Program-made: the position numbers and the translations under genes
Assembly: GCF_001613005.1 (NCBI RefSeq)
Contig: NZ_BDBN01000040.1
Coordinates: 44,237 to 76,236 of the forward strand
Direction of reading: 5' to 3'
Origin: Nocardia nova NBRC 15556
Lineage (GTDB): Bacteria > Actinomycetota > Actinomycetes > Mycobacteriales > Mycobacteriaceae
Length of the DNA stretch: 32,000 nt
Shown here: positions 22,564-31,506 of the stretch, piece after piece
Layout of the letters: every line of letters begins with the position of its first letter
How positions within the stretch are numbered: the stretch's first letter is position 1
The notes under the pieces: model-generated
What the model was told of the DNA's origin: nothing
What the model saw: the letters and a program-made list of their open reading frames with translations, nothing else
The model's database searches: none

Positions 22564-23565
22564 ATGGCCATGCCATTCCGTCAATCCGTACGTCTGGGAG
22601 CGTATCTCGCAAAACAGAAGCTGTTGCGCCGCGAGAAGTTCCCCATCCTGGTCGAATTGGAGCCGTTGTTCGCCTGCAATCTGAAATGCGCGGGCTGCGG
22701 CAAGATTCAGCATCCGCATACGCTGCTCAAACAGCGCATGCCGGTCGAACAGGCCGTCGGCGCGATCGAGGAATGCGGCGCCCCGATGGTCTCGATCGCC
22801 GGTGGCGAACCGCTGATGCATCCGCAGATCGACGAGATCGTGCGGCAACTGCTCGACCGTAACAAGATCGTCTTTTTGTGCACGAACGCGGTACTGCTGC
22901 CCAAACATCTGCACAAGTTCACCCCGCACCGCAATTTCGCGTGGATGGTGCATCTGGACGGACTGCGCGAACGCCACGACGCCTCGGTCTGCAAGGACGG
23001 CGTCTTCGATCAGGCCGTAGCGGCGATCCGCGAGGCCAAGGCCGCCGGATTCCGGGTAATGACGAATACCACCTTCTTCGATCTGGATTCGCCACAGGAC
23101 GTGATCGACGTCCTGGACTATCTCAACGACGAGCTCGAGATCGACCACATGCAGATCGCGCCCGGTTACGCCTACGAGAAGGCCCCCGATCAGGAGCATT
23201 GGCTCGGGGTGAAGCAGACCCATCAGCTGTTCGCCAAGGCCTTCGCCGACGGACGCCGCAAGAAGTGGCGGCTGAATCATTCCCCGCTGTACCTGGATTT
23301 CCTGGAGGGCAAGGTCGACTTCGACTGCACCGCCTGGGCGATTCCGTCGTATTCGCTCAAGGGATGGCAGCGGCCGTGCTACCTGCTCGACGACGGCTAT
23401 GTCGCCACCTATCGGGAATTGATCGACGACACCGACTGGAACGCCTTCGGCCGCGGCAACGATCCACGCTGCTCGAATTGCATGGCGCACTGCGGCTACG
23501 AGCCGACCGCGGTGGTCGCGACCCTGGGTTCGCTGAAGGAGACGATCCGCGCCGCCGTCAGCTGA
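22564..23565 (+). CDS. hpnH: Adenosyl-hopene transferase HpnH (radical SAM)
   Basis: Contains the CNLKCAGC (Cx3Cx2C) radical-SAM motif near the N-terminus, and C-terminal ...DPRCSNCMAHCGYEPTAV typical of HpnH. ATG immediately follows the upstream TGA (TGAATG). Confidence 0.9.
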   Translation: MAMPFRQSVRLGAYLAKQKLLRREKFPILVELEPLFACNLKCAGCGKIQHPHTLLKQRMPVEQAVGAIEECGAPMVSIAGGEPLMHPQIDEIVRQLLDRNKIVFLCTNAVLLPKHLHKFTPHRNFAWMVHLDGLRERHDASVCKDGVFDQAVAAIREAKAAGFRVMTNTTFFDLDSPQDVIDVLDYLNDELEIDHMQIAPGYAYEKAPDQEHWLGVKQTHQLFAKAFADGRRKKWRLNHSPLYLDFLEGKVDFDCTAWAIPSYSLKGWQRPCYLLDDGYVATYRELIDDTDWNAFGRGNDPRCSNCMAHCGYEPTAVVATLGSLKETIRAAVS

Positions 23566-23613
23566 GCCGAATCGACACCGGGTCGAATTCCCACACCGGA
23601 AGGTGAGCCACGC

Positions 23614-25407
23614 ATGAAACCCTCGCCGCGCGGGCCGGACCCGCTCGCCGCCCTCACCGGACCCGACGCACTGGCCGCGTTGTCCGACGACGAACTGCCC
23701 GCGCTGGCGCAGCGGTTACGCGATCGCCTCGTCGAAACCGTCACCGGAACCGGCGGGCATCTCGGCGCCAGTCTGGGGACGGTGGAGCTGACCATCGCGC
23801 TGCATCGCGTCTTCCGTTCGCCCACCGATGTTCTCGTCTTCGACACCGGACATCAGAGTTATGCGCACAAGTTGCTCACCGGGCGATCGCACACCTTCGA
23901 CACACTGCGGCAGGCGGGTGGGATCGCGGGGTATCCGAACCGCACCGAATCCGCGCACGACTGGGTGGAGAATTCCCACGCCTCGGTCAGCCTGGCGTGG
24001 GCCGACGGCATCGCCAAGGCCTTCCAGCTGCGCGGCGAACACGAGCGCCGGGTGGTGGCGGTGATCGGCGACGGCGCGCTGACCGGCGGTGTGGCCTGGG
24101 AAGGCCTGAACAATCTGGGCGCGGGCGGGCGCCCGGTCGTGGTGGTGCTCAACGACAACGGGCGCTCCTACGATCCGACCGTCGGCGCGCTGGCCGGGCA
24201 TCTCACCGGACTGCGCGACGGCGACACCGTCTCCGGAAATCTGTTCGACGCCTTGGGTTTCACCTATCTGGGCCCGGTGGACGGCCACGACATCGGCGCA
24301 CTGTGCACGGCCCTGCACAAGGCCGCCGAACTGGCCAAACCGGTTGTCGTGCACGCGGTGACGGTGAAAGGCCGCGGCTTCGGCCCGGCCGAGGCGGACG
24401 AGGCCGACCGCATGCACGCGTGCGGGGTGATCGATCCGGTCACCGGTGTGCCGCGCAAACAGCCCGCCCCCACCTGGACCGATATCGTCGAATCGGAACT
24501 GGCCGCCATCGCCCGCGACCATCCGGAGGTGATCGCCATGACCGCGGCGATGCGCTTGCCCACCGGACTCGGCGAATTCTCCCGCAGCGCACCGGAGCGG
24601 GTGTTCGATTCCGGTATCGCCGAACAACACCTGCTGGCCTCCGCCGCGGGCTTGGCGGCAGCCGGTATGCATCCGGTGGTGGCGGTGTACTCGACCTTCC
24701 TCAACCGCGCGATCGATCAGGTACTGCTCGATATCGCGCTGCACGAACTGCCGGTCACACTGGCCTTGGACCGCGCCGGCGTCACCGGTCCGGACGGCCC
24801 CAGCCATCACGGGATGTGGGATCTGGCGCTGCTCACCTGCGTACCGGGGATGCGGATCGCGTGCCCACGCGATCCCGGCCGGGTCCGCGCACTCCTGCGC
24901 GAAGCCGTGGCCACGGCCGGGCCCACCACCGTGCGTTATCCGAAAGCCACTGCCGGAGAGAATATTTCGCCGCTGGCACGGATGGACGGGATGGACATTC
25001 TGTACCGCGGGCCGCGCAGTCCGCTCGATATTCTGCTGGTGGCGGTCGGTCCGATGGCCGGGCCGTGCCTGCGCGCGGCGGAACTACTGGCCGACAGCGG
25101 TTTCGGCGCCACCGTCATCGACCCGCGCTGGGTGTGGCCGATCAATCCGGGGCTACCGGCGATCGCGGCACGGCATCGGCTCACCGTCTGTGTGGAAGAC
25201 GGTATCGCCGCCGGCGGGATCGGCTCCCATCTGGTCTACGTGATCGCCCGCGACCCCGACGCCGCTCCTGTTCGCGCGCTCGGCCTGCCCACCGCATTCA
25301 TCCCCCACGCCTCCCGCGACAGCATCCTGGCCGAGTACGGACTGACCGGCGAGGGCATCGCCGCGGCCTGCGCGGAATGGTTACCCGCGACCGAGAGGAT
25401 CCGATGA
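23614..25407 (+). CDS. dxs: 1-deoxy-D-xylulose-5-phosphate synthase (operon-encoded copy, short form, 597 aa)
   Basis: Reads [21 protein letters not shown]...[16 protein letters not shown] and has the ThDP motif [10 protein letters not shown]...VLNDNG, then ...FDSGIAEQH.... GGAAGGTGAG SD lies upstream. Confidence 0.95.
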   Translation: MKPSPRGPDPLAALTGPDALAALSDDELPALAQRLRDRLVETVTGTGGHLGASLGTVELTIALHRVFRSPTDVLVFDTGHQSYAHKLLTGRSHTFDTLRQAGGIAGYPNRTESAHDWVENSHASVSLAWADGIAKAFQLRGEHERRVVAVIGDGALTGGVAWEGLNNLGAGGRPVVVVLNDNGRSYDPTVGALAGHLTGLRDGDTVSGNLFDALGFTYLGPVDGHDIGALCTALHKAAELAKPVVVHAVTVKGRGFGPAEADEADRMHACGVIDPVTGVPRKQPAPTWTDIVESELAAIARDHPEVIAMTAAMRLPTGLGEFSRSAPERVFDSGIAEQHLLASAAGLAAAGMHPVVAVYSTFLNRAIDQVLLDIALHELPVTLALDRAGVTGPDGPSHHGMWDLALLTCVPGMRIACPRDPGRVRALLREAVATAGPTTVRYPKATAGENISPLARMDGMDILYRGPRSPLDILLVAVGPMAGPCLRAAELLADSGFGATVIDPRWVWPINPGLPAIAARHRLTVCVEDGIAAGGIGSHLVYVIARDPDAAPVRALGLPTAFIPHASRDSILAEYGLTGEGIAAACAEWLPATERIR

Positions 25408-26522
25408 CCGCCGTATTCCTGTCCGAGCCCGCGGCTCCGACGCTGCGACCGCGCCGGGAGAGCCGGCGCATCCAGGTCGGCTCGGTGCCGGTGGGCGGCG
25501 GCGCACCCATCTCGGTGCAGTCGATGACCACCACCGTCACCGCCGATGTCGAGGCGACGCTGCGCCAGATCGCCGAATTGACCGCTGCCGGTTGCGATCT
25601 CGTCCGCGTGGCGGTGCCCACCCAGGACGACTGCGCGGCACTGCCGACGATCGCCCGCCGCTCGGCCATCCCGGTGATCGCCGACATCCACTTCAATCCA
25701 CGCTACGTCTTCGGCGCCATCGATGCCGGTTGTGCCGGAGTGCGGGTGAATCCGGGTAATATCCGCACCTTCGACGACAAGGTCCGCGAGATCGCCGCCG
25801 CGGCGGGTGCGGCGGGGGTGCCGATCCGCATCGGCGTCAACGCAGGTTCCCTCGATCGGCGCATCCTGGACCGGCACGGCGGTCGCGCCACGGCCGCCGC
25901 ACTGGTCGAATCGGCGCTGTGGGAGGCGAGGCTGTTCGAGGAGCACGGTTTCGCCGAGCTGAAGATCTCGGTGAAACACAACGATCCGCTGACGATGATC
26001 CAGGCCTACCGGCTGCTCGCCCAGCGCTGCGACTATCCGCTGCATCTCGGGGTCACCGAGGCGGGTCCGCCGCTGCAGGGCACCGCGAAATCGGCCACCG
26101 CGTTCGGGATCCTGCTGTCCGAGGGGATCGGCGACACGATCCGCGTCTCGCTGTCCGCGCCGCCGGTCGAGGAGGTCAAGGTCGGTCACCACATCCTGGC
26201 CGGGCTCGGGCTGCGCCCCCGCACCCTCGACATCGTGTCCTGCCCGACCTGCGGCCGCTGCCAGGTCGACGTCTTCGAGCTCACGAAGAAGGTCGAGGCG
26301 GCCTTCCGGGATTTCCCGGCGCCGCTGCGCGTCGCGGTGATGGGCTGCATCGTCAACGGTCCAGGCGAGTCGCGGGAAGCCGATATCGGGGTTTCGGCGG
26401 GCAATCACAAGGGTCAGATCTTCGTCCGCGGCGAGGTGGTGCGGACGGTACCGGAATCGATGATCGTGGAGGCGCTGCTCGAGGAAGCGCTGGCACTGGT
26501 CGAGGAAGCGCCGGAGGGATAG
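25404..26522 (+). CDS. ispG: 4-hydroxy-3-methylbut-2-en-1-yl diphosphate synthase (flavodoxin-type IspG/GcpE)
   Basis: ATG 25404 overlaps the dxs stop (ATGA). Reads [22 protein letters not shown]..., ...VSCPTCGRC..., ...[11 protein letters not shown].... Trimmed from ORF 23997-26522. Confidence 0.95.
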   Translation: MTAVFLSEPAAPTLRPRRESRRIQVGSVPVGGGAPISVQSMTTTVTADVEATLRQIAELTAAGCDLVRVAVPTQDDCAALPTIARRSAIPVIADIHFNPRYVFGAIDAGCAGVRVNPGNIRTFDDKVREIAAAAGAAGVPIRIGVNAGSLDRRILDRHGGRATAAALVESALWEARLFEEHGFAELKISVKHNDPLTMIQAYRLLAQRCDYPLHLGVTEAGPPLQGTAKSATAFGILLSEGIGDTIRVSLSAPPVEEVKVGHHILAGLGLRPRTLDIVSCPTCGRCQVDVFELTKKVEAAFRDFPAPLRVAVMGCIVNGPGESREADIGVSAGNHKGQIFVRGEVVRTVPESMIVEALLEEALALVEEAPEG

Positions 26523-26541
26523 CCTCGGCAAATCCGGACAT

Positions 26542-26576
26542 TATGCGCATACCACCCCATCTACGGTAACGGTTAC
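26542..26576. promoter_or_regulatory. Two short palindromes in the AT-richer ispG-efeU spacer
   Basis: TATGCGCATA (26542-26551) is a perfect 10-bp palindrome. GTAAC-G-GTTAC (26566-26576) is an inverted repeat. Their function is unknown. Confidence 0.3.
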
Positions 26577-26608
26577 TCGCTACAGGCATGCAGGATTGGA
26601 CCTGTGGT

Positions 26609-26627
26609 ATAGGTATGCCTTACCTTT
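26609..26627. promoter_or_regulatory. Candidate IdeR/DtxR-type iron box upstream of or overlapping the efeU start region
   Basis: ATAGGTATGCCTTACCTTT compared with the IdeR consensus TWAGGTWAGSCTWACCTWA gives 16/19 matches when W/S degeneracy is allowed and 12/19 against the strict TTAGGTTAGGCTAACCTAA. The core is an imperfect palindrome, AGGTAT-GCC-TTACCT. Confidence 0.4.
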
Positions 26628-26632
26628 GGACG

Positions 26633-28843
26633 GTGAGCTGGGCCGAGGCTGTACCGAATCTACTGATCTGCCTGCGGGAGGGCCTCGAGGCGGGCCTCGT
26701 GGTGACGATCCTGCTGGCTGCCGTGCGCAAAACATCGACCCCCCAGCGCCCGGTCTCCTCGACCCCGGTCTGGCTCGGCCTGCTCGGCGCGGTATCGGTG
26801 GCGGCCAGCTTCGCGGCGGTGCTCACCTATTCGACGAGCGTGCTCTCCAACTCCGGCCAGGAAATCGTCGGCGGCACCCTGAGTGTGATCGCGGTCGCCC
26901 TGGTGACGGCCATGGTCTTCTGGATGCGGCGCACCGCCGCGTCGCTGTCGGGCCAGCTTCGCGGTGAGGTCGCCCGCGCCACGGCGATCGGCGCGGGAGC
27001 GCTGGCCATCACGGCCTTCATGGCCGTCGGGCGCGAAGGCCTGGAATCGACGCTGTTCGTGTGGACCGCGGTGAAGGCCTCCGGCACCACCGTCGCGCCG
27101 CTGATCGGCGCCGCACTCGGGTTCACGGCCGCGGTGGTGCTGTGCTGGCTGCTGTATCGGCAGTCGGTGAAGCTCAACCTCGGCGTGTTCTTCAACCGCA
27201 CCGCGCTCGCGCTGATCGTGATCGCCGCCGGCGTGCTGTCCTACGGTCTCGGCGATCTGCAGGACGCCGGAATTCTGCCCGGCCGCCACTGGGTCGCGTT
27301 CGACCTGTCGGCGCATATCGACCCCAACTCCTGGTGGGTCTCGATCATCACCGGCATCACCGAACTGACGCCGCGGATGACCGTGTTGCAGGTCGTGGCG
27401 TGGGTGGTCTACCTGGCGGTGGTGATCCCGCTGTTCGTCCGAGCGGGACGCCAGGCGCCCGCAAAGGCCCCGGCGAAGGCGGCGCAGCCGGCGGCCGCGG
27501 CGCCCGTGACGGCTACCGCCGCGGCGAGTGGCGGGGGCGCCACACCGGCCACCGGGGCGACCGGCCAGGGTCCGCGAAACACAGCGTCGGCGCCTCCCCC
27601 GGCGGCAGCGACAACGTCGGCATCGGCTCCAGCCGACTCCGAGCACACGCCCGACTGGTGGGAGCGAATCGCCGGCCCGCGGCCGTTGCTGGTCGGTGCG
27701 GTGCTGGTGGTGGTTCCCGCGGTGGCCGCCGGGGTGGCGATCGCGCTGCTGCCGTCGAGCGGCTCCGGTAAGGCGCAGGCGGTGTCGGTCACCGACAGTT
27801 CGTGCGCCTCGGAATGGAAGTCCGGGCGGGCCGGGACGCAGACATTCGAGGTGCAGAACAAGACGTCCAAGGCCGGGGAGATCAACCTGGTCAACTCCGG
27901 CGGCGCGGTCGTCGGCGAGATCGAGACGATCGGCCCGGCCACGACCGCCAATCTGACGGCGACCTTGAGCAGCGGCAGCTACACCATGCAATGCCTGATG
28001 TCCGGCAAACCGGTGACTTCATCGGCGGCAGTGCAGGTCAGCGGTGAGGCGGGCGAGACCCCGCCGGCCGTCAAACGCGTCACCGAGGACGATCTGCGCG
28101 GGCCCAACGACGCCTATCAGGCGTATGCCGCCGGCGTGCTGACCCGGCTCTCCGGCGCCGTCACCGCCATCGGCAACGATCTGCGCGGCGGTAATATCGC
28201 TGCGGCACAAGCGGATTGGCTGAACGCCCAGCTGGAATGGGAACGGGTCGGCGCCTCCTACAACAGCTTCGGTGACGCCGGCACCGCGGTCTCGGGTCTG
28301 CCCGACGGCCTGCCGGGTGGGGTGAACGATCCCGGATTCACCGGTCTGCACCGGCTGGAGTACGGCCTGTGGCACGGCCAGCGGCCGGATCAGCTGCTGC
28401 CGGTGGTCGATCGGCTCGGTGGCGATATCACGAACATCCGCAAGAATCTCGGCAGCGACGACCTCGCCGGCGATCCGAAGAAACTCCCGCTGCGCGGGCA
28501 CGAGATTCTGGAAGACGCCCTGCGCGACCATATTTCGGGCATCGACGACCAAGGCGCGGGCGCCGCGTATCCGATGACGCTCGCCGACATCGACGTGACT
28601 CGCGCGGTCCTCGATCAGCTCGGCCCGCTGATCGACCCGCGGGCGCCGCAGCTGCGCGCCACCCTGCGCACCCGTCTCGACGACTTGCAGGCCGCCCTGC
28701 TCGCCACCCAGGACCACGGGCACTGGCAGTCGCCCGACCGGACCCCGCCGGCCGCCCGGCAAGCCGTCAACGCGCGCCTCGGCGCCGCCCTCGAGGAACT
28801 CGCCAAGGTGCCGCGATTGCTCGAAGTGCCGATCTCCCACTGA
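26633..28843 (+). CDS. efeU: Fused EfeU (FTR1 iron permease) - EfeO (cupredoxin-like plus M75/imelysin-like) protein
   Basis: The permease part contains two REGLE motifs (LREGLEAGL, GREGLESTL). It is followed by an Ala/Pro/Thr-rich linker and then an extra hydrophobic helix (LLVGAVLVVVPAVAAGVAIALL). The EfeO-like part follows (VSVTDSSCASEW...YTMQCLMSGKP, ...GFTGLHRLEYGLW...). Start is uncertain: GTG 26633 is chosen from N-terminal length relative to EfeU homologs. Alternatives are ATG 26615 and ATG 26588. Confidence 0.8.
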   Translation: MSWAEAVPNLLICLREGLEAGLVVTILLAAVRKTSTPQRPVSSTPVWLGLLGAVSVAASFAAVLTYSTSVLSNSGQEIVGGTLSVIAVALVTAMVFWMRRTAASLSGQLRGEVARATAIGAGALAITAFMAVGREGLESTLFVWTAVKASGTTVAPLIGAALGFTAAVVLCWLLYRQSVKLNLGVFFNRTALALIVIAAGVLSYGLGDLQDAGILPGRHWVAFDLSAHIDPNSWWVSIITGITELTPRMTVLQVVAWVVYLAVVIPLFVRAGRQAPAKAPAKAAQPAAAAPVTATAAASGGGATPATGATGQGPRNTASAPPPAAATTSASAPADSEHTPDWWERIAGPRPLLVGAVLVVVPAVAAGVAIALLPSSGSGKAQAVSVTDSSCASEWKSGRAGTQTFEVQNKTSKAGEINLVNSGGAVVGEIETIGPATTANLTATLSSGSYTMQCLMSGKPVTSSAAVQVSGEAGETPPAVKRVTEDDLRGPNDAYQAYAAGVLTRLSGAVTAIGNDLRGGNIAAAQADWLNAQLEWERVGASYNSFGDAGTAVSGLPDGLPGGVNDPGFTGLHRLEYGLWHGQRPDQLLPVVDRLGGDITNIRKNLGSDDLAGDPKKLPLRGHEILEDALRDHISGIDDQGAGAAYPMTLADIDVTRAVLDQLGPLIDPRAPQLRATLRTRLDDLQAALLATQDHGHWQSPDRTPPAARQAVNARLGAALEELAKVPRLLEVPISH

Positions 28844-28879
28844 CATGCCGAACCACCGACCGACCAGTAAGGCTTCACG

Positions 28880-30115
28880 ATGAACGTCAGCCGCCGCCGC
28901 TTCCTCTCCGGCGCCGCCGCCGGTGCCGCCGGAACCGCGCTGACCGCGGGCATCCTCGCCGAGGGCGCCCGCAAGGACGCCGACGCCGCCACCGTGGGCA
29001 CCCCGAAGGCCGAGGCGAGCTACCCCTTCCACGGTGAACACCAGTCCGGCATCCTCACCCCGGGCCCGTCGGCGAAACAGAATGCCGCCTGCTTCGCCGC
29101 CTTCGACGTCACCACCACCCACCGCGCGGAACTGGTGGAGGCGATGAAAACCCTCACCGCACGCGCCCGCTTCCTCACCGCCGGCGGCGCCCCGACCGAC
29201 CTCGGGCTCGGCCAGCCTCCCTCCGACAGCGCGGTGCTCGGGCCGGAGGTCATCGCCGACGGGCTCACCGTCACCACCGGTGTGGGCGCGAGCCTGTTCG
29301 ACGGCCGCTTCGGGCTGGCCGCGGCCAAACCCGCCAAACTCACGCCGATGCGGACCTTCCCCAACGACACCCCGGATCCGGCCTGGATGCACGGCGACCT
29401 GCTGATCCAGCTGTGCGCGCATCACCCCGACACCGTCCATCACGCGCTGCGCGACATCACCCGCCAGACCCGCGGCGCACTGCAGCTGCGCTGGAAGATC
29501 GACGGCTACAACTCCCCGCCGCGCCCCTCCGGCACCGGCCGGAACCTGCTGGGCTTCAAGGACGGAACGGCCAACCCCACCGGCGCCGACGCCGAATCGC
29601 TCATCTGGACCGACGGCGGCGGCGAACCCGAGTGGACCCGCGGCGGCACCTATCAGGTGGTCCGGCTGATCCGCATGCTCGTCGAATTCTGGGACCGGGT
29701 CTCGATCAACGAGCAGGAGAACATGTTCGGACGCCGACGCGACTCCGGCGCCCCGCTCGACGGCAATCAGGAATTCGACACCCCCGACTACGCCGCCGAC
29801 CCCGAGGGTTCGGTCATCCCCCTGGATTCCCATATCCGGCTGGCCAATCCGCGCACTCCGGAAACCGCCCGCCAGCAGCTGGTCCGCCGTTCCTACAACT
29901 ACGACCTCGGCGTGGAGCGCAACGGCAACATGGCCTCGGGCCACATCTTCACCTGCTTCCAGCAGGACGTCGCCCGCCAGTTCGAGGCCATCCAGACCCG
30001 GCTGATCAACGAACCTCTCACCGACTACGTCCAGCCCTTCGGCGGCGGCTACTTCTTCGCCCTGCCGGGGGTGCGTGACGAGAAGGATTGGTACGCACGG
30101 GCTTTGCTGAGCTGA
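28880..30115 (+). CDS. efeB: Dyp-type peroxidase / deferrochelatase EfeB with Tat signal peptide
   Basis: The N-terminal twin-arginine signal reads MNVSRRRFLSGAAAGAAG. Dyp motifs ...LLGFKDGTANP... and ...HIRLANPR... are present. It is adjacent to efeU/efeO. Confidence 0.9.
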   Translation: MNVSRRRFLSGAAAGAAGTALTAGILAEGARKDADAATVGTPKAEASYPFHGEHQSGILTPGPSAKQNAACFAAFDVTTTHRAELVEAMKTLTARARFLTAGGAPTDLGLGQPPSDSAVLGPEVIADGLTVTTGVGASLFDGRFGLAAAKPAKLTPMRTFPNDTPDPAWMHGDLLIQLCAHHPDTVHHALRDITRQTRGALQLRWKIDGYNSPPRPSGTGRNLLGFKDGTANPTGADAESLIWTDGGGEPEWTRGGTYQVVRLIRMLVEFWDRVSINEQENMFGRRRDSGAPLDGNQEFDTPDYAADPEGSVIPLDSHIRLANPRTPETARQQLVRRSYNYDLGVERNGNMASGHIFTCFQQDVARQFEAIQTRLINEPLTDYVQPFGGGYFFALPGVRDEKDWYARALLS

Positions 30116-30159
30116 GCGGTGAGCGCGCCCGCGAACCCGATTTGACTGGCCGGCCGCGA

Positions 30160-31506
30160 ATGCGCAGAGTACGGATGATGATCGCCCCTGCCGACGTCGC
30201 CACCGCGACCGTACGCAAGGTGACGATTCGGCTGGTGCCGTTTCTGTGCCTGCTGTACTTCGTCAATTACCTGGATCGGGTGAACGTGGGTTTCGCCGGG
30301 CCCAGTGGGATGAAGACCGACCTCGGCATGTCGGAGACCGCATTCGGATTCGCCTCGGGCATCTTCTTTCTCGGCTATCTCGTGCTGGAAGTGCCGAGCA
30401 ATCTGGCGCTGCACCGGTTCGGTGCGCGGCGCTGGATCGCCCGCATCATGCTCACCTGGGGTATCGTCGCCACCGCGATGACGTTCGTGCCCAACGAGAC
30501 GGTCCTCATCGTGCTGCGCTTTCTGCTGGGCGTGGCGGAGGCCGGATTCTTCCCGGGCATTCTGCTGTATCTGACCTTCTGGTTTCCCCAGCGCTACCGG
30601 GCCCGTATCGTCGCCCTGTTCATGACCGCGGTGCCACTGTCGACCGCTCTGGGATCCACACTGTCGAGCCTGCTCATCGAGTACGGGGACAACGTCTTCG
30701 GGCTCAGCGGCTGGCGGTTCATGTTCCTCGTGCAGGGCCTGCCGGCCTTGCTGCTGGCGGTGGTGACCTGGTTCTACCTCACCGATCGGCCGGAGCAGGC
30801 CCGCTGGTTGTCGGCCGAGGAAAGGAACTGGCTGGCAACCGAACTCACGGCGGAGCAGCGCTCGGTTCAGCGCACCGAACACTGGACGGTGCGCCGATCT
30901 CTGACCCATCCGCGCATACTCGGACTGGCCGCGATCTACGCGGGCATCGTCTACGGGCTCTACGCCCTCGGCTTCTTCCTGCCCACCATCGTGGCCGGAT
31001 TCCAGCAGCAGTACGGGACCCACTACTCGGTGGTGCAGCGTGGCCTGATCACCGCTGTGCCCTATGTGATCGGCGCGGTCGCGATGATGTGGTGGGGCCG
31101 CCACGGCGATCGCACCGGCGAACGCCGCCGGCACGTCGCCCTGCCCGCGATCATCGGCGGCCTCGCCATTCCGGTCGCGTTGTACCTGGACAATCCGTTC
31201 GCGGCGATGTCTGCGGTCACCGTCTGCGCCGTCGGTGTGCTCGCCGCGCTGCCCACCTTCTGGGCCCTGCCGAGCGCATCCCTGTCCGGAGCCGCCGCGG
31301 CCGGCGGGATCGCCCTGATCAATTCGCTCGGCAATGTCAGCGGGTTCGCGGCGCCGTATCTCACCGGCTGGCTGGCCGACCTGACGGGAACCCAGCGCGC
31401 GGGGCTGTGGGTGGTGGGGGCATCGATGGTGCTCGCGGGTCTCGGTGTGTTCGCCCTGCGATCCGGAAGCGGCGCTACCGGCTCGACCGACAGCGCACCG
31501 AGTTAA
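30160..31506 (+). CDS. MFS transporter (anion:cation symporter-like, tartrate/organic-acid permease type)
   Basis: Reads [30 protein letters not shown]...[15 protein letters not shown]...[14 protein letters not shown], with about 12 hydrophobic segments. Start is ATG 30160 (alternatives 30175/30178). The longer ORF start at 30088 overlaps efeB. Confidence 0.8.
   Translation: MRRVRMMIAPADVATATVRKVTIRLVPFLCLLYFVNYLDRVNVGFAGPSGMKTDLGMSETAFGFASGIFFLGYLVLEVPSNLALHRFGARRWIARIMLTWGIVATAMTFVPNETVLIVLRFLLGVAEAGFFPGILLYLTFWFPQRYRARIVALFMTAVPLSTALGSTLSSLLIEYGDNVFGLSGWRFMFLVQGLPALLLAVVTWFYLTDRPEQARWLSAEERNWLATELTAEQRSVQRTEHWTVRRSLTHPRILGLAAIYAGIVYGLYALGFFLPTIVAGFQQQYGTHYSVVQRGLITAVPYVIGAVAMMWWGRHGDRTGERRRHVALPAIIGGLAIPVALYLDNPFAAMSAVTVCAVGVLAALPTFWALPSASLSGAAAAGGIALINSLGNVSGFAAPYLTGWLADLTGTQRAGLWVVGASMVLAGLGVFALRSGSGATGSTDSAPS

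Noticed and set aside
20989-23490. An 833-aa minus-strand ORF antisense to ispH/hpnH. Similar long antisense or off-frame ORFs occur at 16499-18511, 28019-29944, 30049-31734 and 15366-16409.
   Set aside because: These are typical high-GC artefacts. Their translations are dominated by Arg/Gly/Pro/Ala/His runs with no recognisable motifs. Each one lies fully over a motif-supported gene on the other strand or in another frame.
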